DNA of 64,000 nt from contig PRDH01000039.1 in assembly GCA_003345545.1 (NCBI GenBank), forward strand, positions 89,881-153,880. The letters run 5' to 3'. The first letter of the stretch is position 1. The number at the start of each line of letters is the position of its first letter. Position numbers and translations under genes: made by a program. The DNA is from Candidatus Thorarchaeota archaeon (GTDB lineage: Archaea > Asgardarchaeota > Thorarchaeia > Thorarchaeales > Thorarchaeaceae). Below are positions 1 through 8,002 of the stretch, one piece after another. A model generated the notes under the pieces. The model was given only the letters and a program-made list of their open reading frames with translations, did not search any database and was not told where the DNA came from.

Positions 1-501
1 CGCTTCATATCCCAGCGGTACGAACCTTATCTTCTCAGGCTTTTCCGTTCCGTAGATTATCGGAAATTCCAGTTCATCATAGACGTAGAGACCTATGCTT
101 GCCTTTTTCCTGTTCCTTCCGTGCGTCGAAGTAAGTGCTTCCTGAAGGTGCATATACTCCTTGATCAGTTCATCGTCAGCTCTTACGCCCTTGAGTATTG
201 AGCAGCAAATGAACGGCCTAATCTTGTTGAGACCTGGTTGAACGATTATTTGCTTTCCCGATTTCTTCACATTGTACTTCTTGAGTCCTGGCTCTATATC
301 TAGAAATGATCTGACAGCACGTGCTATACCCTCAGTAGAAAGCATGTCTTGACGGTCTGGATTGACCTCTATCTCAACGACATTCCCCTCGATTCTCTCA
401 ACTTCAGCCTTCAAGAGGAATAAGGATTCCTCGAGTTGCTCCAGAGTGAGTTTCTCACCAATAAGTGACAAGAGATCATTGATTCTACATTCTACTATCA
501 T
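1..501 (-). CDS. pheT: Phenylalanine--tRNA ligase beta subunit (5' part; runs off window start)
   Basis: Not in ORF track. Manual translation from ATG at 501 (GGTGA RBS upstream) gives MIVECRINDLLSLIGEKLTLEQLEESLFLLKAEVE...IEVNPDRQDMLSTEGIARAVRSFL, with the PheT B1 motif (NPDRxDxLSxEGIARA). Directly downstream of pheS. Confidence 0.93.
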   Translation of the reverse strand, partial: MIVECRINDLLSLIGEKLTLEQLEESLFLLKAEVERIEGNVVEIEVNPDRQDMLSTEGIARAVRSFLDIEPGLKKYNVKKSGKQIIVQPGLNKIRPFICCSILKGVRADDELIKEYMHLQEALTSTHGRNRKKASIGLYVYDELEFPIIYGTEKPEKIRFVPLGYEA

Positions 502-509
502 GCTATCAC

Positions 510-2018
510 CTACCTTACGAAATAACTCCTTCTAAGCCAATTGAGGTCCTGTGAAAAAAGGTCCCTGATGTCATTGATGCCCATCGCTGCCATGTAGAGT
601 CTTCCTGCTCCTATTCCCCATGCAAGAACAGAGTCCCTAATCCCTAGAGGCTGCGTGACTTCGGGTCTGAAAATGCCTGATCCTCCAAGCTCTATCCATC
701 CCAGTTTGTCATGTTTTCCAAAGGTTTCGACACTGGGTTCTGTGAAGGGAAACTGGCCCGGTTTGAACTTCAGCTTCTCAATGCCTACTGCCTTGCATAT
801 CGCCGTGAGATAACCAAGTAAGTTTCTCAGAGTCAATCCTTTGTCCATGATTATACCCTCGCATTGGTCAAACTCATGAGCATGTGTCACGCTGAGTGAT
901 TCCGATCTGAAGTTACGATCAACTATGAACATCTTTTGAGGGCTCTCTCGATGTTGGTACAGAAATCTCATTGATACCGGTGTGGTGTGAGGACGCAGAC
1001 AGAGTCTTGTTGCGACTTCCTTATGGTATGGCCAATCCCATCCCTTTGACCCTGTTCCACCGCCATTCTCATGAACGTTCTTCACAGCTTCGTAGTACTT
1101 CTTATCGATAATGTGGCCATGGTCGTACGGAGCTGCGACTCTGAATTGATCCTGTACATCGCGAGCTACATGGTCTTGCGGGACGAAGAGAGCATCATGA
1201 CCCCAGAATTCAGTTTCAACATAAGGACCGAACCATTCTGTGAAACCCAGTCCCACCATAATCTCCCTTAGCCAATCATTGAACTCTGCATATGGATGTT
1301 TTTTCCCGTAATTGACATACTCTGGCTGAATGCCAACATTGTAGGGTCTGAACTTCCTTCCCTTCCAAGCACCACTAGAAAGCATCTCCGGTGTGAGGTT
1401 TCCAATGTCTTCAGTTAAATCTGCAAGAATATCCTCCGCATGGACCAAGTAGTTTCTAGATAACTCCGCTTCAATGATTTTTGTGATGACTTCACTGACT
1501 AGCTTTCTCTCAAGCAGCTGCTGAAGAGCTGGATCATCATTCTGAATGCTTGCACCATTCCCTTTGGCAATTGATTCAAGTGCTGCTGCGACTGGCGATT
1601 TGGAATAATCTCCAATAGTAGATAGAATCGTTGTATCCCCTTGTTTTGAAGCGTGAGCCCATTCATTGCGTACTGCCCAGGCCATTGCGATGCCTTTTGT
1701 TCTGGGTGATATGCCAGATTTTGTCAATACAACTTCAAACGGAGCTGTTCTTCCCGATTCCTCTAAAGCCTTCACCAACCGGATTTCCGGAAGCCCGTCT
1801 CTTGCATATTCCTTGCCTTCATCTGTGAGGGCATACGATATCTTTTCGCGAGTCTCTAGTTTCACGATTCCTCGTACAGCAAGAGCATTAAGAATGGAGA
1901 TGACTCTCTCAGTGTTTTGTTCTGTGATTTTGGCTATCTCGTCTGCTGAAGATTTTCTTCGTAATTCGACCAGACCCTTGAGAATCGTCTTCTCTCCTGT
2001 CGTCAGCTGCTCACTCAT
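510..2018 (-). CDS. pheS: Phenylalanine--tRNA ligase alpha subunit, archaeal/eukaryotic type
   Basis: N-terminal winged-helix extension; FVPQDHVARDVQDQF, LRPHTT, FPFTEPS and WIELGGSGIFRPEV class II motifs. Confidence 0.97.
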   Translation of the reverse strand: MSEQLTTGEKTILKGLVELRRKSSADEIAKITEQNTERVISILNALAVRGIVKLETREKISYALTDEGKEYARDGLPEIRLVKALEESGRTAPFEVVLTKSGISPRTKGIAMAWAVRNEWAHASKQGDTTILSTIGDYSKSPVAAALESIAKGNGASIQNDDPALQQLLERKLVSEVITKIIEAELSRNYLVHAEDILADLTEDIGNLTPEMLSSGAWKGRKFRPYNVGIQPEYVNYGKKHPYAEFNDWLREIMVGLGFTEWFGPYVETEFWGHDALFVPQDHVARDVQDQFRVAAPYDHGHIIDKKYYEAVKNVHENGGGTGSKGWDWPYHKEVATRLCLRPHTTPVSMRFLYQHRESPQKMFIVDRNFRSESLSVTHAHEFDQCEGIIMDKGLTLRNLLGYLTAICKAVGIEKLKFKPGQFPFTEPSVETFGKHDKLGWIELGGSGIFRPEVTQPLGIRDSVLAWGIGAGRLYMAAMGINDIRDLFSQDLNWLRRSYFVR

Positions 2019-2044
2019 TGATACGCAAAACTCCTGAGTTCAGT

Positions 2045-2145
2045 ACTAGGGACCGATAGACCGCACACACAATAGAATGATGATTGAGGGCTCCTTTCAG
2101 TGGAGCATCGTAAATTGGCGGTTATCCATCCGTCCTTCACCTAGT
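2045..2145 (-). promoter_or_regulatory. Structured element in the pheS upstream region (possible leader RNA)
   Basis: Nested complementary segments ACTAGG/CCTAGT, GGAC/GTCC, GATA/TATC, ACCGC/GCGGT and CAAT/ATTG, plus inner hairpin GCTCC/GGAGC. Confidence 0.35.
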
Positions 2146-2194
2146 CTACTTGACCTATTGGCTCCTCCTTTTTAATCTGTCGTCTCTCTTCGTC

Positions 2195-2242
2195 TGACGC
2201 ATGACGCAACGTTAAAATAGCGTCACTAGTGCGCGTCACTAG
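2195..2242. promoter_or_regulatory. Divergent pheS/aRF1 promoter with repeated TGACGC/GCGTCA boxes
   Basis: TGACGC at 2195 and 2202; inverted GCGTCA at 2220 and 2233 (direct repeat GCGTCACTAG x2), flanking the TATA-like TTAAAATA. Confidence 0.4.
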
Positions 2243-2305
2243 GCGCAATTTGCCACCTGAGTTTTTTGGGAAATAGGCAATAATGAGCAGTTGAAGGAGA
2301 AGAAC

Positions 2306-3385
2306 ATGTCCGCGGAGCGTCAGAAACTCAAACGCAAGGTAGAGCAGCTCAAGGCCTTTAAAGGACGGCACAGTTCTTTCACTACTCTCTATATTCCTCC
2401 CACGAAGGCACTGACAGATGTAGTCACTTTCGTGAAGACTGAACTAGCCGGCGCTGACAACATCAAGAGCAAGACAAACCGCAAGAATGTTGCAGATAAC
2501 CTGACTGCGATTCTCAGTGAACTCACTAAGGTTCGCAGCTTGCCTCCTACAGGAATGGTCTTTTTCTTTGGCATCGAAGAGGTAGGTGGGATTGGTAGAC
2601 CAATCCGCGAGATAGTGGTTCCACCATCACCAATCTCTCAGTTCGTCTATACATGCGGCCGCGAATTCATAACTGAAGAGCTCGAGGCCATGACTCACCC
2701 TAGAAGTCTAATCGTGATTGTACTCCTTGAAGGTGGCAAAGTCACAATTGGCTATCTTCGCGGCAAGCATATGGAACTTGTACGGGATGAGGACTTTTAC
2801 ATTATAGGAAAGACTAGAGCTGGTGGACAGAGTGCAAACCGATATCTCAGAATTCGTGAGGAGAAACTGCAGGAGTTCTTCAAGCACGTAGGTCGGATGC
2901 TAGGAGAGCTACTGATTGACAATATTGCCAATGTGGATGCCATAGTGCTTGGCGGCAATACAATCAGATGTCTAGAATTCCTCGACAAGGGGGACCTTGA
3001 CTACAGAATAAGGAACAAGATTGTAGATACGATAATACCTGTAAGTGTGATTGATGAAACCGGTCTCTTTCAAGCAATGAAGGAAGCATCTAGGATTCTA
3101 AAAGAGACCGAGATATACGCGGAGCGTCAGGCTTGGGATGGTTTCTTGGAGGATCTCATGAAGGGGTCGAATACAATAGCCTATGGAAAGAAAGAGGTTC
3201 TCGAGGCGCTCAAGATGGGGCGTGTGCAGACTCTTCTGATCACAGAGGATCTTGCTAACCAAATGGACTCGCTATACGATGATGTTACCCAATATGGCTC
3301 CGAGCTCCTCGTGTTCTCAAATCAGACGGAGTCCGGAGCTGAGTTGAAGTCCTTTGGCGGAATGGCTGCTCGTCTTCGATACTAG
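2306..3385 (+). CDS. prf1: Peptide chain release factor aRF1 (eRF1 family)
   Basis: NIKS (DNIKSKTNR), YxCxxxF (YTCGREF), GGQ (RAGGQSANRY) and C-terminal FGGMAARLRY. ATG at 2306 after a GAAGGAG RBS is preferred over TTG 2291. Confidence 0.93.
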   Translation: MSAERQKLKRKVEQLKAFKGRHSSFTTLYIPPTKALTDVVTFVKTELAGADNIKSKTNRKNVADNLTAILSELTKVRSLPPTGMVFFFGIEEVGGIGRPIREIVVPPSPISQFVYTCGREFITEELEAMTHPRSLIVIVLLEGGKVTIGYLRGKHMELVRDEDFYIIGKTRAGGQSANRYLRIREEKLQEFFKHVGRMLGELLIDNIANVDAIVLGGNTIRCLEFLDKGDLDYRIRNKIVDTIIPVSVIDETGLFQAMKEASRILKETEIYAERQAWDGFLEDLMKGSNTIAYGKKEVLEALKMGRVQTLLITEDLANQMDSLYDDVTQYGSELLVFSNQTESGAELKSFGGMAARLRY

Positions 3386-3400
3386 TCCATACAGATTGAC

Positions 3401-3817
3401 CTATTCTCGTGGCGGCTTCGGTATCTCAGTCAAGGTGATAATATCCTCAATCCATTTCGCCAGTTCTTGCCCAATAGACTCAATGTACTGCAGCAATGAG
3501 TCGGCGTATTTGGTCAGGTGCTGTTGTTCAAGACTCTTGGACTTCTCAGTGAATTCCTTGATTCGTTTTGGTAATCCTATTGACCATCTACCTGTCGTCA
3601 ATTCTGCTTTTCTATCACTGAGGACCTTCTTGGCGACTCTCTTCTTCCGACTAAGGTCAACAAGCTCTTCCAGCAACTTTTGAACCGCGATGGTTGCTGC
3701 TACTAACCCCTTGGCATCTATCTTAGATTCCTTGTCTCTGCTCGTATAGTAAACTTGCTTTAGATCTCTCTTGGCAGCAACTACGTTGGCGAGGAGTTTC
3801 AATAATTCGTGAGCCAT
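3401..3817 (-). CDS. Hypothetical alpha-helical protein
   Basis: 138-aa ORF with a GAGGAGGGAATG-type upstream signal and natural composition; no recognisable motif. Confidence 0.7.
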   Translation of the reverse strand: MAHELLKLLANVVAAKRDLKQVYYTSRDKESKIDAKGLVAATIAVQKLLEELVDLSRKKRVAKKVLSDRKAELTTGRWSIGLPKRIKEFTEKSKSLEQQHLTKYADSLLQYIESIGQELAKWIEDIITLTEIPKPPRE

Positions 3818-3871
3818 GATGCCTTCATTCCCTCCTCGAACGTATAAAGGTCTATGTTTCTTTAGTTGCCT

Positions 3872-4534
3872 TCAGACAGCTGAGTAATTGCATTCTCCAC
3901 TTGTGGAAAATGGGCATACTGTGCACTTGGTTTCGCTAGGCGATGCTCTAGGGAGCCGCTTGTTGTACCAGACTTCATCAAGCCTTTTCAGATGCATACG
4001 AATCTCATCAGGATTGAATTTCCTCTTGAAGACTCTCGCATCTCCACAGTTCCAGCAGTTTCTTCCTAGTTTGTCTTGAAGGCACTGCTTCGCAGTGTCC
4101 TGAAGACAATACACAGTGACAAGTCTGGCTAATCTACACGAGACTCCACTCTCCGCCAAGGCAAGCGAATACAGCCCGGCCTGAAAGAGGTCCTCCGGTT
4201 TCATCTTGCTCGGCAGGCGATTAACTGGGAACTTGTGCTCAATCAGCGCGTCTAGAATCGGAACGTCGTCCCAATGCAGAACTGCACCATCAAGCCTGCC
4301 AATGAACCGGTGAGCAAATGATCTCACCTGCTCTTCGCTGAACAGATAATACACGCCTCTATTGCGCTGACTTGGCCGCAGTGAGAGAAACTCGGTAAGG
4401 CTCAATGGCGCTCTCTTGGCCTTCTTGACGGACGACCAAACCGGACCTAGACTGAAGCTGGATCTCCCAAGTGATAATATGGAGACAATTATGATGAGAA
4501 GCGTGAATACCAGTATGCTCAACAGTTGTTGCAT
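3872..4534 (-). CDS. Cas4-like PD-(D/E)XK nuclease, C-terminal half with N-terminal TM helix
   Basis: GRLDG (motif II), IEHKF (ExK), QAGLY (QxxxY) and terminal CTVCPFSTSGEC Fe-S cysteines; hydrophobic N-terminus LLSILVFTLLIIIVSILSL. Confidence 0.75.
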   Translation of the reverse strand: MQQLLSILVFTLLIIIVSILSLGRSSFSLGPVWSSVKKAKRAPLSLTEFLSLRPSQRNRGVYYLFSEEQVRSFAHRFIGRLDGAVLHWDDVPILDALIEHKFPVNRLPSKMKPEDLFQAGLYSLALAESGVSCRLARLVTVYCLQDTAKQCLQDKLGRNCWNCGDARVFKRKFNPDEIRMHLKRLDEVWYNKRLPRASPSETKCTVCPFSTSGECNYSAV

Positions 4535-4538
4535 TTCA

Positions 4539-4799
4539 TCACCATACTATCCAAATGATTCCAAGGACCACTACTGCAATTATCCCAAAGATCGGCATCC
4601 ATTGAGTGCCTCCTGGTTCATGAGTCCTTATTGTGGACACTAGATTATGAAGCATCGTGCCATCGATGCTTGCTTTACTGACTGCGTTACTCTGCCTTTG
4701 CGTTAGATAGAATCTGTACTCACATAGGAATTGAGTTCTGAGTTCAGAAACCTCTCTGAATCTCGAGAACGACGTTCGTTCATCTTCAGTAAGCCGCAA
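4539..4799 (-). CDS. Cas4-like N-terminal half with C-terminal TM helix
   Basis: VSELRTQFLCEYRFYL (Cas4 first-Cys motif) and GTMLH (GxxxH), then TM WMPIFGIIAVVVLGIIWIVW. Confidence 0.7.
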   Translation of the reverse strand: MRLTEDERTSFSRFREVSELRTQFLCEYRFYLTQRQSNAVSKASIDGTMLHNLVSTIRTHEPGGTQWMPIFGIIAVVVLGIIWIVW

Positions 4800-4953
4800 C
4801 TTGATTCGTCTAATAGTTCCGTACGGCTATTGAAAAGGGGCACACCCCGAAGCGCAAGTCCGGAAGCAAACACTAGATGCTTTTATATTCGAGTTTTGGA
4901 TGAATTCACAAACAGGATTTCACTCTGGAGAAAAAAGGGTGAGTGGTGATTAG

Positions 4954-5376
4954 ATGTCAGAGGATTCCTATGAAGGAGCAACAGCTGGAAGAGTACTCGT
5001 GTTTGGAAGTAGTGGATCCGTGAAATTCCCAACTGCTTTCAAGAATGCGATGGGAACAGATCGCGGCTTGATGGTGCTCGTGCATAAAGATCGACTCATC
5101 AAAATTTTCCCTCTAGATAGTGACGAGGTGCTCTTCTTGAGTCTCGAAATTGGAAAACTCAGCAACGACTTCCTCACAAAGCTATCCCAAATCTTCAAGA
5201 GAGCTGGTCTTGTAGATCTCTTGTTCTCTACAGGTGTCTGTCTTCGAGGAACGAGGTGTTTCTACGAGTGCTATTTCAATCCGAGTCAACTCAGTTCCGA
5301 TACGAATGAGCTTGAGAGTTCTCTGAAAGTTCTTGATGGAGTTCAGAGAGTTCTGATTCAGAAGGTAGAAGTATAG
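4954..5376 (+). CDS. Putative AbrB-like + ACT-like regulator
   Basis: N-terminal GSSGSVKFPTAFKNAMG resembles an AbrB swapped hairpin; C-terminal beta-alpha pattern ending LDGVQRV resembles ACT. Confidence 0.5.
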   Translation: MSEDSYEGATAGRVLVFGSSGSVKFPTAFKNAMGTDRGLMVLVHKDRLIKIFPLDSDEVLFLSLEIGKLSNDFLTKLSQIFKRAGLVDLLFSTGVCLRGTRCFYECYFNPSQLSSDTNELESSLKVLDGVQRVLIQKVEV

Positions 5377-5405
5377 TTTCAGGAAGGCTTTGATCTTCCT
5401 TCGTT

Positions 5406-6086
5406 TTGATTCCGGGTGTATTCTCCTTGCAGGACATCATTCTCTTCATAACCGACATGATTAGTCAGGGGTATCTGGGACTTCTCATCATATGTTTCAT
5501 GATTAACATGATTCCCTTCTTGAGCCCCAGCAACATGGTTCTTGCAGGGGCAGCAGTACTACTACTCCCGAGCTTCAATCCCTTCATTGTTGGGTTTGTG
5601 GTGGCAATATCCGCCACAACTGCGAAACTTGTACATTTCTACGTCGTTCGTGGATCTCGTATGGTCCTGTCGCAAGAACGTCTAGCATCTCTTGACTCAG
5701 AAAAAAAGAGAGTCGAGAAATGGGGCCCTCTTGCTCTCTTTATTGCCGCGGCTTCTCCGGTACCTGACGATCCACTCATTGTATATGTTGGGCTTGCCAA
5801 GTATAGCTCTGTGAAGTTCCTATTCAGTTATTTTACTGGAAAAGTGATTGTGACAACCCTGGGTGCACTGATAGGATACGGTGTCGGTGGCTATTTTGAG
5901 TCCATGCCCATCGTGTTAGCTTCAATTGCCCTGACTGCGTTGATTACGGGATTTCTGTGCAAGAGGAAGACTGAAGGAGAGTCATCTGACATGCTTCAGA
6001 CTAATCTTGAAGCAGAGATACATGATGACGATACGTCAGCTGATAAGGCGGCAGAATCGAATGATTCTGAGGAAGGCTCGGGATAG
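5406..6086 (+). CDS. DedA/VTT (SNARE-associated) membrane protein
   Basis: GYLGLLIICF..IPF, LFIAAASPVPDD and FLFSYFTGK motifs; acidic tail. True start may be TTG 5427 or ATG 5457. Confidence 0.8.
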   Translation: MIPGVFSLQDIILFITDMISQGYLGLLIICFMINMIPFLSPSNMVLAGAAVLLLPSFNPFIVGFVVAISATTAKLVHFYVVRGSRMVLSQERLASLDSEKKRVEKWGPLALFIAAASPVPDDPLIVYVGLAKYSSVKFLFSYFTGKVIVTTLGALIGYGVGGYFESMPIVLASIALTALITGFLCKRKTEGESSDMLQTNLEAEIHDDDTSADKAAESNDSEEGSG

Positions 6087-6150
6087 CTCGCCAACTCACC
6101 TACTTCGGTAATCTTAAGTGACCACGCATACACTCTCACGCCAATTCTAG

Positions 6151-6555
6151 GTGACAAGATTGACCGGAACAAGCATAGCTGAGATAGAATGCGAGAAGTG
6201 CAAAACAGTTTTCGAAACACAAGTGATTGAGCACATCGACCTATCTGAAGACCGCGAAATCATCAAGGCGCTGAGGATTGGTAAAGCTAATCGGGCTCAG
6301 TGCCCGAAATGCAAGAAAGTTATGTACTTGGACCGGAGTATTGTGGTAAACTTTGAACCAGAGAATCGAATTGTAGTATATGATCCGAACGCTACATCTC
6401 AGGAGGCCAAAGAGAGTCTTCAGAGCGAATACGATAGTATCATTGCCTTCAATGAGATTCTGAAGGAAATTGGGGCGGAAACAGAATTCTCTATCTTCAC
6501 TTCTCTTGATGATCTGAAGCCCCTTCTTGACGAGTACGAAAAGACCCACAGATAG
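6151..6555 (+). CDS. CpXC-domain zinc-ribbon protein
   Basis: IECEKCKTVF and AQCPKCKK CxxC pairs with CpXC spacing. Confidence 0.7.
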   Translation: MTRLTGTSIAEIECEKCKTVFETQVIEHIDLSEDREIIKALRIGKANRAQCPKCKKVMYLDRSIVVNFEPENRIVVYDPNATSQEAKESLQSEYDSIIAFNEILKEIGAETEFSIFTSLDDLKPLLDEYEKTHR

Positions 6556-6556
6556 A

Positions 6557-7663
6557 CTAGAGTCTCTTCTTGCCCAAGAGGAATTCTTCAACCCAACGCT
6601 CTGCTCGATACATCGTTGTAGGCGTAGGCGGCATTTTGAAACCATATGCGGAGATGGACTCAAGTGAACCTCCTATACCTCTCTTCAAAGCCAGCTTTGT
6701 TCCCCTGATGGCATCCAGCAGGATAGGTCCAGCATTTGGCCCATCTGTCACTTCCATTCTGATATCTATCTTAATTGGAGCGCCACCGAATTGACGTCCG
6801 TTGATATAGAAGAATGAATCGCGGCTGTTATCCATGAAATCAACATAGTCTGATGACCCTGCAACGAGTGGAGCATCATAGGGCAAGTCTTGGCTTATTG
6901 CTGCGCTCTTGACGCCTCTCTTTCTCATTCTGCCTCTGTAGTGAGAGTCCAACGATTCCGCACCGCCACCAACATCAAGTTGATAGCTCTTGTCCACCTT
7001 CACACCTCTTGCAACCAGAAGCTGCAGAATACTGCGATGTAGGACTGTGGAGCCCAGTTGATCCTGAATATCGTCACCGATAAGCGGGAGTCCCTTCTTC
7101 TCGAACTTCTTATTCCACTCAAGATCTGAAGCTATTGATATTGGCGTCGCGTTGATGAAGGCGCACCCTGCGTCTAACGCTGCTTTTGCATAGTACTTTG
7201 TAGCATCTTCTGCTGAACCAGGCAAGAGATTGACAAGAATCTCTGCACCTGCGTCCTTGAGCACCTTGACAACATTCGCATCAGGTGCGTTGGAGAGACT
7301 CACAAGTGTCTGAAGCATTTCATCGACTCCATCCAATAATGGACCCTTGGCGACAATGACACCGGTCTTAGGAACTTTCGAAAAGCGCATCACATTGTTG
7401 GGTTTTGCAAAGATTGCCTCAGAGAGGTCAAAACCAATCTTTGTATCAGCAACGTCGAAAGCTGCGACAAACTCAATATCACTCACGTGGAATCCTGCGA
7501 AATCGGGATGAGCTAAACCAGGTACATCTCCCTCTGTCTTCACATTCTTGTAGTACTCTACTCCTTGGACTAGAGCACTTGCAACATTTCCAACTCCAAC
7601 AATTGCTACTTTGATTCCATCCAATTGTTCCACCTCTGGTTCTTTTCGGACCTCTCTTGTCAA
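6557..7663 (-). CDS. ino1: myo-inositol-1-phosphate synthase family protein (divergent)
   Basis: VAIVGVGNVASALVQG, FVAAFDV, GDD, SDYV and YGFKMPP motifs; some active-site positions deviate. Confidence 0.85.
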   Translation of the reverse strand: MTREVRKEPEVEQLDGIKVAIVGVGNVASALVQGVEYYKNVKTEGDVPGLAHPDFAGFHVSDIEFVAAFDVADTKIGFDLSEAIFAKPNNVMRFSKVPKTGVIVAKGPLLDGVDEMLQTLVSLSNAPDANVVKVLKDAGAEILVNLLPGSAEDATKYYAKAALDAGCAFINATPISIASDLEWNKKFEKKGLPLIGDDIQDQLGSTVLHRSILQLLVARGVKVDKSYQLDVGGGAESLDSHYRGRMRKRGVKSAAISQDLPYDAPLVAGSSDYVDFMDNSRDSFFYINGRQFGGAPIKIDIRMEVTDGPNAGPILLDAIRGTKLALKRGIGGSLESISAYGFKMPPTPTTMYRAERWVEEFLLGKKRL

Positions 7664-7753
7664 TGTCTTATATACTATTCTATTGATATAGAATAGTTAG
7701 ACAATCGTTGTTGGGGAGGAAGAGTTTATGTTGGTATCTTACGTATATTTCAC

Positions 7754-7989
7754 TGGACGATTGGCCGACACCATGTTGCTCCATGCGTCGTCGGTAGTCG
7801 TGGGAACGACGCAGATACACTTAGTGGTCTATGCGAATGTCCCGTCGCGGGAGATTCGCCTCTCACCGAAAAGGTTCAGGGAGATACCCGAATAGTGTGT
7901 TCAGCGAGCACCACTCATGATCAAAGAGAAAAGAGGGTGGACCTCGAGCCCCAAAAATGGGCACCAAAAAGGGCGTTGGCCTTCGTCCA
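7754..7989 (+). ncRNA. Candidate novel structured non-coding RNA (~236 nt)
   Basis: Ends pair (TGGACGA/TCGTCCA and GGCCGAC/GTTGGCC); at least six internal helices; G-U pairs favour the + strand; TTTATG about 24 nt upstream; no ORF. Confidence 0.6.
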
Positions 7990-8002
7990 CTCATTGTTCT
8001 GA

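Noticed and set aside
3872-4799. CRISPR-Cas locus
   Set aside because: No repeat-spacer array, cas1 or cas2 in the window; this is a solo Cas4-like nuclease.
7700-8000. RNase P RNA, SRP RNA or tRNA identity for the structured element
   Set aside because: No GAGGAAAGUCC/ACAGAA P4 strands, no SRP helix-8 motif and no full cloverleaf.
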